A model generated the notes under the pieces. That model saw nothing but the letters and a program-made list of their open reading frames with translations. It did not search any database and had not been told where the DNA came from. The translations under genes were made by a program, and so were the position numbers. DNA of 29,283 bases, taken from Coleofasciculus sp. B1-GNL1-01. GTDB lineage: Bacteria > Cyanobacteriota > Cyanobacteriia > Cyanobacteriales > Coleofasciculaceae. Where the stretch lies: NCBI GenBank assembly GCA_040220235.1, contig JAVJTO010000140.1, one strand, 5' to 3'. Shown one piece after another: positions 9,988-18,686 of the stretch (position 1 is its first letter; the number at the start of each line of letters is the position of its first letter).

Positions 9988-10587
9988 CTACGCGGAACGT
10001 AAGGATTGGGTTTGCCAGTGACGCTGTTGAAGCTGGTGCATGTGGTTAAAGAGTTGCCAGCAGTAGGATTCGCTTAACCCACAAGTAATAGCCCCACGCA
10101 GCACAACATTAAAATACCAATCGTTTGGTGCTAATTCTTCGGCTAATTTTTCCACAACCACATAAGTCCGGACATTGTGATAGATTCGTCCTTGACAAGA
10201 CACTTCTATGGTTTCTCGTCGATAGCCACCACGGGGTACTTCTTCCCGGTGATCAAGAGGATCACTAAATCGCTCAGGTAAGCGGTATAAGACGCCTTCA
10301 ACCGTTGCCTTCGTATCGGGTACGATATCAAGTACACCACAGTTACGCCGTGCTGATTTGCGGTTAAATCCCAGTCTATATCCGTTGAGAACGGCTGAGC
10401 CTAGGACGAAAGCATGAGTATTTTCACCGAGCGATCGCTTTAAATCTACAGGACACATGCAGGAGCCATAGGCAAAGTAGTAAAAGGTTGGCTCTGTCTG
10501 GGGGAACTGTAGCACATTAGCTACGGGTGAAGACGCTTCAAGAGACGGTGAGGGTGAATCTTGGCGATCGCGAGGCTGAGTTGTCAT
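9988..10587 (-). CDS. Gamma-glutamylcyclotransferase (GGCT/AIG2-like) family protein
   Basis: YYFAYGSCM, GYRLGF, VEGVLY, LD-RE---GGYRR and P--WY---V-RGA motifs. Confidence 0.85.
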   Translation of the reverse strand: MTTQPRDRQDSPSPSLEASSPVANVLQFPQTEPTFYYFAYGSCMCPVDLKRSLGENTHAFVLGSAVLNGYRLGFNRKSARRNCGVLDIVPDTKATVEGVLYRLPERFSDPLDHREEVPRGGYRRETIEVSCQGRIYHNVRTYVVVEKLAEELAPNDWYFNVVLRGAITCGLSESYCWQLFNHMHQLQQRHWQTQSLRSA

Positions 10588-10951
10588 CGCTGGCTAAAGA
10601 CTACAATACTAAACGGCAAAGGCTTAAGCAATCTATTGTCAACTAAGTCAGGGGAACGAACTGTAGCCGATTTTTCATATTAAATTAGTGTAGCTCAATC
10701 CTGAATCAACCCTGTTAGTAGAATCGCAACCGCGATCGCACCAACGCAGGCGATATCATAAATGTGGGTAGTACAACACGCTAAAGAGGAGAAACATTGG
10801 CAAGTGCTGACTCGTCAACAGAGTTGACCAATCGCCTCTATAAGCAGCCTGGTGTCTTCGAGTCAGGAGAACCGCTAGGCTTTCCCGGAAAATTTGGCGT
10901 ACACTACCCACAGCAAGATTGCAAACTTTGGCGTTACTTACCCCTGAACTC

Positions 10952-11467
10952 ATGAAGTCCTGCTTATCCGACATGGCTAACCTGAAGCGGCGTCTAGGCA
11001 TAGCGCTGATACTGCCAATTAGCCTCATGGGAGCAATCGCGCTTCCGACTCCCCTCAAAGATGCCCAAGCCCAAACTGGGGATGGACGTGCCATCACGGT
11101 TCGGGCAGATGTTCAAGAAGCCAATTCCCAAACCGGTGTTGTCACAGCGCGGGGGAATGTACAAATTGATTATCCGGCTCGCCAAATTCAGGCAACGGCG
11201 GCTCAAGCTCAATATTTTAGTCGAGAACGGCGTATTGTTCTCACGGGGAATGTTTATGTTTTGCAGCAAGGTAATAGTCTGCGTGGTGAAACGATTACCT
11301 ATTTAATTGATGAAGGGCGTTTTGTTGCTCTACCGAAAACTGAACAACAGGTTGAATCGATCTACATTGTGTCTGATCCAGAAGCTCCAACTCAACCTGT
11401 CGCGCCGCCTGTAACTCCTCCGTTTAATCCAAAACCTGTGTTCAAAACTCCAGTGAGTGATCCATAA
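10952..11467 (+). CDS. lptA: LptA/OstA family LPS export periplasmic protein
   Basis: Signal peptide, then ITVRADVQEAN, TARGNV-I and IVLTGNVYVLQQGNSLRGETITY; lies upstream of lptB. Start is uncertain (10919, 10952 or 10973). Confidence 0.85.
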   Translation: MKSCLSDMANLKRRLGIALILPISLMGAIALPTPLKDAQAQTGDGRAITVRADVQEANSQTGVVTARGNVQIDYPARQIQATAAQAQYFSRERRIVLTGNVYVLQQGNSLRGETITYLIDEGRFVALPKTEQQVESIYIVSDPEAPTQPVAPPVTPPFNPKPVFKTPVSDP

Positions 11468-11471
11468 TTGT

Positions 11472-11508
11472 TATTTGTCATTTGTCATTCGTCATTCGTC
11501 ATTCGTTA
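11472..11508 (+). repeat. STRR2-like heptamer tandem repeat
   Basis: TTTGTCA TTTGTCA TTCGTCA TTCGTCA TTCGTTA. Confidence 0.8.
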
Positions 11509-11566
11509 GCGCCGAAACCCTTGAGATATCGTAGGGTGGGTTTCGACTTCGCTCAACCCACCAGCA

Positions 11567-11694
11567 TAAGCTGTTCGGCATTTAAACCTTAATGTCAATA
11601 ATGACGAAATCCTTGTAGTGCGTTAAGCGAAGCCATGCCGCAGGCTTTGCATCTTGCTCGCTACTAATACCCAATTTAAATGCATGACAGCTTA
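11567..11694. mobile_element. MITE-like element with terminal inverted repeats, carrying a disrupted GTAG-REP
   Basis: Imperfect TIRs TAAGCTGTTCGGCATTTAAA and TTTAAATGCATGACAGCTTA, with TA at both ends; non-coding. Confidence 0.55.
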
Positions 11695-11725
11695 CCAGTC
11701 AGTACCCTTCAACTGAACACTAATC

Positions 11726-11786
11726 GGGGCGGGTTTAGTTACATCTGGGTGAAAAGGAAACGATAATAGTCCAACCCGCCCCTACA
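11726..11786 (-). repeat. REPIN-like element, copy A
   Basis: GGGGCGGGTT...AACCCGCCCCTACA with a spacer shared with the copies at 19493 and 27510. Confidence 0.75.
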
Positions 11787-11843
11787 GATGTGCCATGGCA
11801 CGTCTGTACACATTACACAACTCCTTAACTGAGGTAGCTATTC

Positions 11844-12572
11844 TTGAAAATCGCTTTAGAGAATATTCATAAATCCTATAACAAAAAGTCTATCGTTAAC
11901 CGCGTCAATCTATCGGTGGCACAAGGAGAAGTTGTGGGGCTACTCGGTCCAAATGGTGCGGGAAAAACGACCACATTTTATATTGCTATTGGTCTGGAAA
12001 AACCCAATCAAGGAACAGTATGGTTAGATGATAATGACATCACCAAGCAGCCAATGCATCAGCGGGCGCGTTTTGGGATTGGCTATTTGGCGCAAGAACC
12101 TAGTATCTTTCGGAATCTGACTGTTCGAGATAATCTGCGACTGGTGCTAGAGCAAACGGGTGTACCGCGTCAAGAATGGCGCTGGCGGTTACGAACCTTG
12201 ATCGAAGAGTTTGGCTTGGAAAAAGCAGCGAATACGATTGGGAGGCGGGTGTCTGGGGGTGAACGTCGTCGCACCGAATTGGCAAGAGCGTTAGCTTCAG
12301 GCGTAGAAGGACCCAAGTTTTTATTCTTGGATGAACCTTTTGCTGGGGTTGATCCGATTGCGGTGTCTGAGATCCAGAAAATCATTGCCCGGTTGCGCGA
12401 TCGCGAAATTGGCGTTTTAATTACAGATCATAATGTCCGCGAAACTCTAGCCATCACCGATCGCGCCTATATCATGCGAGATGGGCAAATTTTGGCATCG
12501 GGTAGTGCGGAAGAACTTTACAACAACCCCTTGGTGCGACAATATTACTTGGGTGATGAGTTTCAAAAATAA
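11844..12572 (+). CDS. lptB: LPS export ABC transporter ATP-binding protein
   Basis: GPNGAGKTT, GYLAQE-SIFR, SGGERRR-E-ARAL, LDEPFAGVDP, ITDHNVRETL and YLG motifs; TTG start with GAGG SD. Confidence 0.95.
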   Translation: MKIALENIHKSYNKKSIVNRVNLSVAQGEVVGLLGPNGAGKTTTFYIAIGLEKPNQGTVWLDDNDITKQPMHQRARFGIGYLAQEPSIFRNLTVRDNLRLVLEQTGVPRQEWRWRLRTLIEEFGLEKAANTIGRRVSGGERRRTELARALASGVEGPKFLFLDEPFAGVDPIAVSEIQKIIARLRDREIGVLITDHNVRETLAITDRAYIMRDGQILASGSAEELYNNPLVRQYYLGDEFQK

Positions 12573-12654
12573 TCCTGGCTATTTCTCGCTGTTTCGTAAA
12601 TAGCCCTCAAACCCATACATAAACATAAGACGAATGATATAAGACGCATGACGA

Positions 12655-13797
12655 ATGACGATCCGTAAATCTCTACCTCTTTTCTCCTTTATTCCTGGCG
12701 TATCGGTGATGGATCGTTATATTATCACCGAACTCATTCCCCCATTTTTATTTGGGATGGGAATGTTTTCCTCAGTGGGGGTAACCATTGGTAGCTTATT
12801 TGACTTGATGCGGAGAGCGGTGGATGAAGGACTACCAGCCACATTGGTGCTGAAGGTTTTGCTGTTGAGTTTACCTCAGTTTATGGCGTATGCTTTTCCT
12901 ACATCTGTCTTGTTAGCCACCTTATTGACTTACAGCCGTCTTTCTAGCGACAGTGAACTGATTGCGTTGCGAAGCTGCGGGGTGAGTATTTATCGTCTAG
13001 TGCTACCCGCGTTATTACTGAGTTTGATTGTCACTGGCGTAACCTTTGGATTTAATGAATACGTAGTCCCCGCCTCTAACTATCAAGCAACGATAACCTT
13101 AGAAAAGGCATTAGGAGAGGAAAAACCCACCTTCAAAGAGCGCAATATCTTCTATCGAGAATATGCAGAGGATAAAACACTCAAGCGCTTATTCTACGCT
13201 CAAAATTTTGATGGTGAGCGGATGAAGGGCTTAACCATTCTCGACTGGTCTCAGCAAAGTCTTAACCAAATTGTCACCGCTGATTCCGCAATATGGAATA
13301 TAGCGCAAAGCACTTGGGATTTCTATAACGGTACGATTTATTTAGTGTCACCGGATGCCTCTTACCGCAACATCGTGCGGTTTGAACACCAACAACTACA
13401 GTTGCCTCGCATTCCCTTGGATTTGGCGAGAAAAGACCGCGATTACGATGAAATGAACATCACTCAAGCCAGAGAACGGCTAGAGTTAGAGCGCCAGAGT
13501 GGGGATGAAGAGGACGTTCGCAAGCTGAAAATCCGCATCAGTCAAAAATTTGCCTTACCCTTTGCTTGCGTCGTTTTTGGCTTAGTCGGGGGATCATTAG
13601 GCAATCGACCTCAGCGTACCAGTAAAGCGACAGGCTTCGGGATTAGCGTGTTAGTGATTTTCGCGTATTATATGCTAATGGCGATCGGAGATGCTCTGGG
13701 ATTGAGTAACTACCTCCCGCCCTTAATCTCGGCGTGGTTGCCCAATCTGATGGGATTTGCGGTTGGCGGATTTTTATTAATTCGAGCCGCCCGATAG
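12655..13797 (+). CDS. LptF/LptG family LPS export permease
   Basis: MDRYI, RLSSDSELIALRS-GVS, six-TM pattern and AWLPN; follows lptB. Confidence 0.92.
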   Translation: MTIRKSLPLFSFIPGVSVMDRYIITELIPPFLFGMGMFSSVGVTIGSLFDLMRRAVDEGLPATLVLKVLLLSLPQFMAYAFPTSVLLATLLTYSRLSSDSELIALRSCGVSIYRLVLPALLLSLIVTGVTFGFNEYVVPASNYQATITLEKALGEEKPTFKERNIFYREYAEDKTLKRLFYAQNFDGERMKGLTILDWSQQSLNQIVTADSAIWNIAQSTWDFYNGTIYLVSPDASYRNIVRFEHQQLQLPRIPLDLARKDRDYDEMNITQARERLELERQSGDEEDVRKLKIRISQKFALPFACVVFGLVGGSLGNRPQRTSKATGFGISVLVIFAYYMLMAIGDALGLSNYLPPLISAWLPNLMGFAVGGFLLIRAAR

Positions 13798-14020
13798 TAG
13801 GGGTTTGGTCTCCAAACCCCTCAACTTGAAGGGGTGACTCTTCGGAAAGGTGGTTAGGGTGTCGGGTGTGGGGGTGTGGGGTGTGGGGAAAATCTTCTGT
13901 GTGAAGGACTAACTCTTTGAACCCGTTGAAACGGGTTTGGTGCTTTTAGCCCCAACTTTAGTTGAGGGCTTAAGTCAGCTCAACCGAACAGCATTGTGCT
14001 ATAACCTGTCCGAACGGGTG
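13797..14020. repeat. Cluster of dispersed hairpin repeats and GT-rich tandem repeats
   Basis: GTAGGGGTTTGG-TCT-CCAAACCCC; (GGGGTGTG)n; AACCCGTT-GA-AACGGGTT; GCTCAACCGA. Confidence 0.55.
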
Positions 14021-14112
14021 AGTCGCAGAGTCTATCACATTAGATATAATTAGTGGGTTGCACTACAGAACCAACCGTTTACTCAGAAAAAATCAATCCT
14101 TTAAATTATTTC

Positions 14113-14128
14113 TGTAACAAAAGTTACA
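14113..14128. promoter_or_regulatory. Putative NtcA box
   Basis: TGTA-ACAAAAGT-TACA is a perfect GTA-N8-TAC with T/A flanks, about 65 nt upstream of ORF 14192. Confidence 0.6.
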
Positions 14129-14191
14129 TTATCCGACTTATTCTGACTCGGTTCGTTCAATTTTTGTCAAATCATACTATCGGCTTGCGCT

Positions 14192-15265
14192 ATGTCATCT
14201 CCCAATCAAGTGCCTGCGTATCTGCGCTATTTAAAAGCCCGACTTCACCCCTTAAGAGAACCCAAATTTTGGCTATCAGTCATGGGCTTTGGCTTAATCG
14301 TGCTGTTTGTCTGGGAATTTTGGCAGAATCCCAATTGGTTGAGTTTTTTGGAAGAAGACCCAATCCGCGAGCAATTTGAGAACTCAACGGATGAGACAAC
14401 GCTTTCGGCTGAAGAACTTGCCGCTAACATGGCAGATATTGACAGTTCGGCAGTCCTGATCGAGGAATTTGACCAACAGAATGCTTTAGCATTGGCTAAT
14501 CTACCGAACCAGAAGCCCGGAGACAAAAAAAATTCCTTGACCGCATCGGCATCCAAACCGCCGTCAACCTCTACTCCCTCAATCCTAAATAGCGCTGCTG
14601 AGTCAAAACCAAGCTCCAGCAATCCCTTCGCCAAAGCCTCACGAGACTTTCTCATGGGGGATATTTTATCGGGGAAGGGACTCTTTCCTGACCCGAATAT
14701 GTTAAGTTCGGAGCCTTCGTCGTCAAACTCAGAAACGACTTCTGCGAATGCTTTCCAAGAATTGACTGAGGTGTCAGGAACTGAGGCGTCTCAAACGAGC
14801 AATCAAAATTCTGAGCAACTGACTCAACGTTCTGATACAAGTCCAAGTCAAACCGTGCCAACCTCTAGGACGAGTGAACAAACCCGAGTTCCAGCACGAA
14901 CGACACCAAGGACGACAACCAACCGTGGGATGATACAGCCTAGCTACCCTCCGGCTTCTGTACCGACGGTCTCTGGTTACAATGGTGCCGGACAGCCCAC
15001 CTATCCAACAGGGGTGACACCGAATGCATCGGTTTACAACGGTGCTGGACAGCCCATGTATCCCTTAGTTCCTGCCCCTCCAGTCCCAGCAACGGGTGTC
15101 ACCTCCTCTCCGGTGATGCCAACTGCACCTGCTAACTCCGCTAATGTTGGACAATATTCGACTCCATCGAATAGCATTCCTAGCGCCGGAAATAATCCGA
15201 CACCAATTACACCAGGGTTACAACCGAGTCAGCTAAACCGTTCACAATTAAATGCTCCCCGTTAG
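14192..15265 (+). CDS. Hypothetical single-pass membrane protein with a long S/T/P-rich disordered tail
   Basis: 357 aa; hydrophobic FWLSVMGFGLIVLFVWEFW segment, acidic ADIDSS segment and low-complexity C-terminus. Confidence 0.8.
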   Translation: MSSPNQVPAYLRYLKARLHPLREPKFWLSVMGFGLIVLFVWEFWQNPNWLSFLEEDPIREQFENSTDETTLSAEELAANMADIDSSAVLIEEFDQQNALALANLPNQKPGDKKNSLTASASKPPSTSTPSILNSAAESKPSSSNPFAKASRDFLMGDILSGKGLFPDPNMLSSEPSSSNSETTSANAFQELTEVSGTEASQTSNQNSEQLTQRSDTSPSQTVPTSRTSEQTRVPARTTPRTTTNRGMIQPSYPPASVPTVSGYNGAGQPTYPTGVTPNASVYNGAGQPMYPLVPAPPVPATGVTSSPVMPTAPANSANVGQYSTPSNSIPSAGNNPTPITPGLQPSQLNRSQLNAPR

Positions 15266-15427
15266 GGAGAGAAGGTTATTGGTTTATCCGTTAATTTTGT
15301 TCCATTACCCGCCCCTAGGTTAGATTGTTTGCCACGATATTAGATGGATAGATGAACCGGAAACCAGATAATAAAACCTACCCTGTTTTCCAGGGCGATC
15401 GCAGCTTCTAAATGTACATCCCAAACA

Positions 15428-15597
15428 TGTAGGGGCGGGTTTAGGAATTAAATTAGGAGACCGATCTCAAATTGGACAATGAAACCCGCCCTGCCCCCAA
15501 TCTCAAGACTACGATGGTGATAATAGGGCACGGCAATGCCATGCCCCTACCACAATGAGATAATTGATTGGGTAGGGGCACGATACCATCGTGCCCT
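15428..15597. repeat. REP cluster between convergent genes (one REPIN-like element plus an inverted REP doublet)
   Basis: 15428-15492 TGTAGGGGCGGGTTT...AAACCCGCCCT; 15525-15550 AGGGCACGGCAATGCCATGCCCCTAC; 15572-15597 GTAGGGGCACGATACCATCGTGCCCT. Confidence 0.7.
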
Positions 15598-15608
15598 GCC
15601 TGATAGAG

Positions 15609-17030
15609 TTAGAAGTGTTTAATAATTGCGTCCGCAAATTCAGAACACTTCAACGGTGACTCCACCCGTGGCGTCATCATGCGGGCTAAGTCATAAGTTA
15701 CTTCCCGATTAGAAATAGCACCACCAATTCCCCGTGTAATTAAATCAGCCGCTTCTTGCCAGCCCATATATTCCAACATCATCACCGCAGATAGGATGAG
15801 TGAACCGGGGTTAATTCGGTCTAAACCCGCGTGCTTGGGTGCTGTGCCGTGGGTGGCTTCAAAAATGGCACAGGTGTCACCAATATTGGCACCGGGTCCC
15901 ATGCCTAAACCCCCCACTAGGGCAGCCGCTGCGTCGGACAGATAATCCCCATTCAGGTTCATCGTTGCCAGAATCGAGTATTCATCCGGGCGAGTTTGGA
16001 TTTGTTGGAAAATACTGTCCGCAATCCGGTCATTGACCATGACTTTTTCTTTCCACTGACCATTGCCGTGGGTGTCCCAGATGGCATTGAGAACACTTTC
16101 GACTTCTGCTGTCGCTTCAGCCCGCTTTTCCGGTGTCAAAGCATCGTAACCGGGTTCAACCTTACGGGCATTGTCTTCGAGGCTGATATCCGGCTTATGT
16201 TCTTTATTGCTGAGAATCCACGATTCGCGTTCGGTAACGCATTGCGCCCGGAATTCTGTGGTCGCGAGTTCATACCCCCAGTCTCGAAATGCACCTTCGG
16301 TGTATTTCATAATATTACCCTTATGCACCAAGGTAACCATTTGCTTGGCTTTAGGTAAGCTTAAGGCACGTTCAATGGCGCGACGAACCAGGCGTTGAGT
16401 ACCGGTTTTACTGATAGGTTTAATCCCAATCCCTGAGTCAAGGCGAATCTGTTTTGTGCCATGTTCGGGTGTTGCTGGAATCAAATCCTGATTGAGCATC
16501 GAAATCAGTTTGTCGGCAATTTCGGTTCCCTGACGCCACTCAATTCCCAGGTAGATGTCTTCTGTGTTTTCCCGGTAGATAATCAAATCTAGTTTCTCGG
16601 GTTGTTTGTGGGGCGAGGGTGTCCCTGAGTAGTATTTGCAGGGACGCACGCAGGCATAGAGGTCATTAATTTGACGCAGGGCGACGTTGAGCGAACGAAT
16701 ACCTCCACCGATTGGTGTGGTTAAGGGTCCCTTAATCGCAACGCCGTATTCTTTAATCGCGGTTAAGGTGTCTTCCGGTAAATATTGATACGTGCCGTAC
16801 TTGTCGCAGGCTTCATCCCCAGCATAAATTTTAAACCAGGTAATGTTCCGCTTCCCACCATACGCCGTTTGCACCGCCGCATCAATGACCTTTTGGGTGG
16901 CGGGCCAAATATCAACCCCTGTACCATCTCCTCGAATGAAGGGAATAATCGGATCATCAGGAACGATGGGTTTTCCATCCTCGAAGGTAATGCGAGACCC
17001 TGTATCTGGAGGTGTGATTTTTTCGTACAT
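15609..17030 (-). CDS. icd: NADP-dependent isocitrate dehydrogenase
   Basis: [52 protein letters not shown] and [12 protein letters not shown] motifs. Confidence 0.98.
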   Translation of the reverse strand: MYEKITPPDTGSRITFEDGKPIVPDDPIIPFIRGDGTGVDIWPATQKVIDAAVQTAYGGKRNITWFKIYAGDEACDKYGTYQYLPEDTLTAIKEYGVAIKGPLTTPIGGGIRSLNVALRQINDLYACVRPCKYYSGTPSPHKQPEKLDLIIYRENTEDIYLGIEWRQGTEIADKLISMLNQDLIPATPEHGTKQIRLDSGIGIKPISKTGTQRLVRRAIERALSLPKAKQMVTLVHKGNIMKYTEGAFRDWGYELATTEFRAQCVTERESWILSNKEHKPDISLEDNARKVEPGYDALTPEKRAEATAEVESVLNAIWDTHGNGQWKEKVMVNDRIADSIFQQIQTRPDEYSILATMNLNGDYLSDAAAALVGGLGMGPGANIGDTCAIFEATHGTAPKHAGLDRINPGSLILSAVMMLEYMGWQEAADLITRGIGGAISNREVTYDLARMMTPRVESPLKCSEFADAIIKHF

Positions 17031-17283
17031 AAAACTCTTTGGCTAAGGTTAAAATCAGCATCACAATTATTGATGCTCCGAAAAAGTTACCAGATCTCTT
17101 GGCGACTGGGAACTTTATTAAGTTTTTTTGCAGATTGCTGTCGAATGAGGACAAAAATAGCAAAGAATTGGTAACAAATATAACAGACGTTTCATGAGTT
17201 ACCCATTACCCATTACCCCTTATAAAAGGCACAGCTTCAGTCGCTGACCAAACTGATGCAGGACGGAGGTATCTCCAAAAAAA

Positions 17284-17297
17284 GTATCCAATACTAC
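17284..17297. promoter_or_regulatory. Putative NtcA box in the icd / response-regulator divergent region
   Basis: GTA-TCCAATAC-TAC flanked by A-tracts; icd is known to be nitrogen-regulated in cyanobacteria. Confidence 0.5.
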
Positions 17298-17770
17298 AAA
17301 AAATAGGCTAGGATTTCTCTTTTATTCCTCTACGTACCATGCTATTGAGATCTTGCAGAACGACGGCTACCTCTACATGGCGTCGCCGTTCTTTAGGGGT
17401 ATAGCTACAAGCTTGGACTCGATAGTCTAGCGTTTAGACACTCGCTGAACTCAACTATTATGCTGGAATAAAGCATCTCTGTTGGCTATCGTGGTACAGT
17501 CTGTCACTCGATAGAGCGTCGCTCGGCGTCAACCCGACAGTAGGATAGGATAGCCGATAACAGATGGTTGGTTCATCTGTCCTCCGGCTGGCTTCTGCTC
17601 AAGGGTTGTGGCAATACGCTACTGAAGTCGCTAGGCTAATACCAACACTGATTTTTTTGCTCCTGATTCCTGCTCCTGCCTGGACGCTTCTTGCCCAAGG
17701 AAGGACGTTCTGAGGGAAGCGTCTCACCACCTTAACCTTCAACCTTTTGACCCATGACTGATGACCAACG

Positions 17771-18484
17771 ATGAAAAAAATTTTAGTGGTTGATGATGAT
17801 AGAACATTACGCATTACTTTGACACGCGCCCTGGAAAATATAGGATATCAGGTTGAACAGGTGAGTTCTGGGGCAGAAGCTTTGGAGGCTTGTGTCAAAA
17901 ATCCACCCGACTTGGTGGTGTCTGATGTGATGATGCCCGAGATGGATGGAATTGAATTTTGCCGTCGTCTGAGGGCGACTCCCTCTGGTCAACTGATGCC
18001 TTTTATTTTTCTATCTGGCAAAGGAGAACTAGAAGACCGGATTCACGGTCACTCCATCGGCGCGGATGATTATCTGATTAAGCCGGTTAATCCTAGAGAA
18101 TTGGCGGCTAAAATTGAGGCTCAGCTTGAGAGAACCCGTCGTATCCATGCTCTGATTGTTCAGTTGATGCAGCTTAATGCCAGTTCCGCTGTCACGGAGT
18201 TAGCGAACCAAGCCAAAACCGCTCAAGCGACCGAGGTTTCAGCTCCCCAGGAAGAAGAAACTGTCACCCCTACGCCTTTACCGTTGACACCTGCAGAAGA
18301 ACGAGTGTTTTGGGAAGTAATTCAAGGATTGACGAATAAGCAAATCAGCAATCGCTTGTTTATTAGTCCACGTACTGTTCAAACCCACCTAAGTAGTATT
18401 CTTAATAAGTTAAAGCTGGGGAACCGCGCTCAGCTTATTCGTTTTGCCTATGAAAATGGTTATCAACCTCCGAGCAATGGGTAG
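17771..18484 (+). CDS. Response regulator transcription factor, REC + LuxR/NarL HTH
   Basis: ILVVDDD, DVMMP and GADDYLIKP receiver motifs; LTPAEERV...GLTNKQIS-RLFISPRTVQTHLSSILNKL HTH. Confidence 0.93.
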   Translation: MKKILVVDDDRTLRITLTRALENIGYQVEQVSSGAEALEACVKNPPDLVVSDVMMPEMDGIEFCRRLRATPSGQLMPFIFLSGKGELEDRIHGHSIGADDYLIKPVNPRELAAKIEAQLERTRRIHALIVQLMQLNASSAVTELANQAKTAQATEVSAPQEEETVTPTPLPLTPAEERVFWEVIQGLTNKQISNRLFISPRTVQTHLSSILNKLKLGNRAQLIRFAYENGYQPPSNG

Positions 18485-18489
18485 GAAGG

Positions 18490-18568
18490 CGGGGGAGATG
18501 AGGGAGATGGGGGAGATGAGGGAGTTGGGGAAGCTGGGGAATCTGGGGAAGCTGGGGAAGATTGGGGA
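18490..18568 (+). repeat. Purine-rich 9-mer tandem repeat
   Basis: About 8 units of GGGGGAGAT / GAGGGAGAT / GGGGAAGCT; a similar tract lies at about 27472-27500. Confidence 0.8.
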
Positions 18569-18686
18569 GCGGTTTCTAGACCAACGTTCTCAAGTAATTT
18601 TTTCAATTTTACAGTTTCAGGCGTTCAAGCGAGCCACTTTGCCTCGACAATAGGATTAGTTGCCGCAACTTCAAACACGTCGCTTC

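Noticed and set aside
15839..17174. Several short ORFs overlapping icd
   Set aside because: Shadow ORFs with no motifs or independent support.
17224..17600. Known riboswitch (glutamine, c-di-GMP-I) or 6S RNA
   Set aside because: Only fragments match (GACGGAGGTA, GATAGCCG) and the required partner motifs are absent; kept only as unnamed candidates.
18444..18653. 69-aa ORF with EMG/KLG repeats
   Set aside because: It is only the translation of the 9-mer intergenic repeat.
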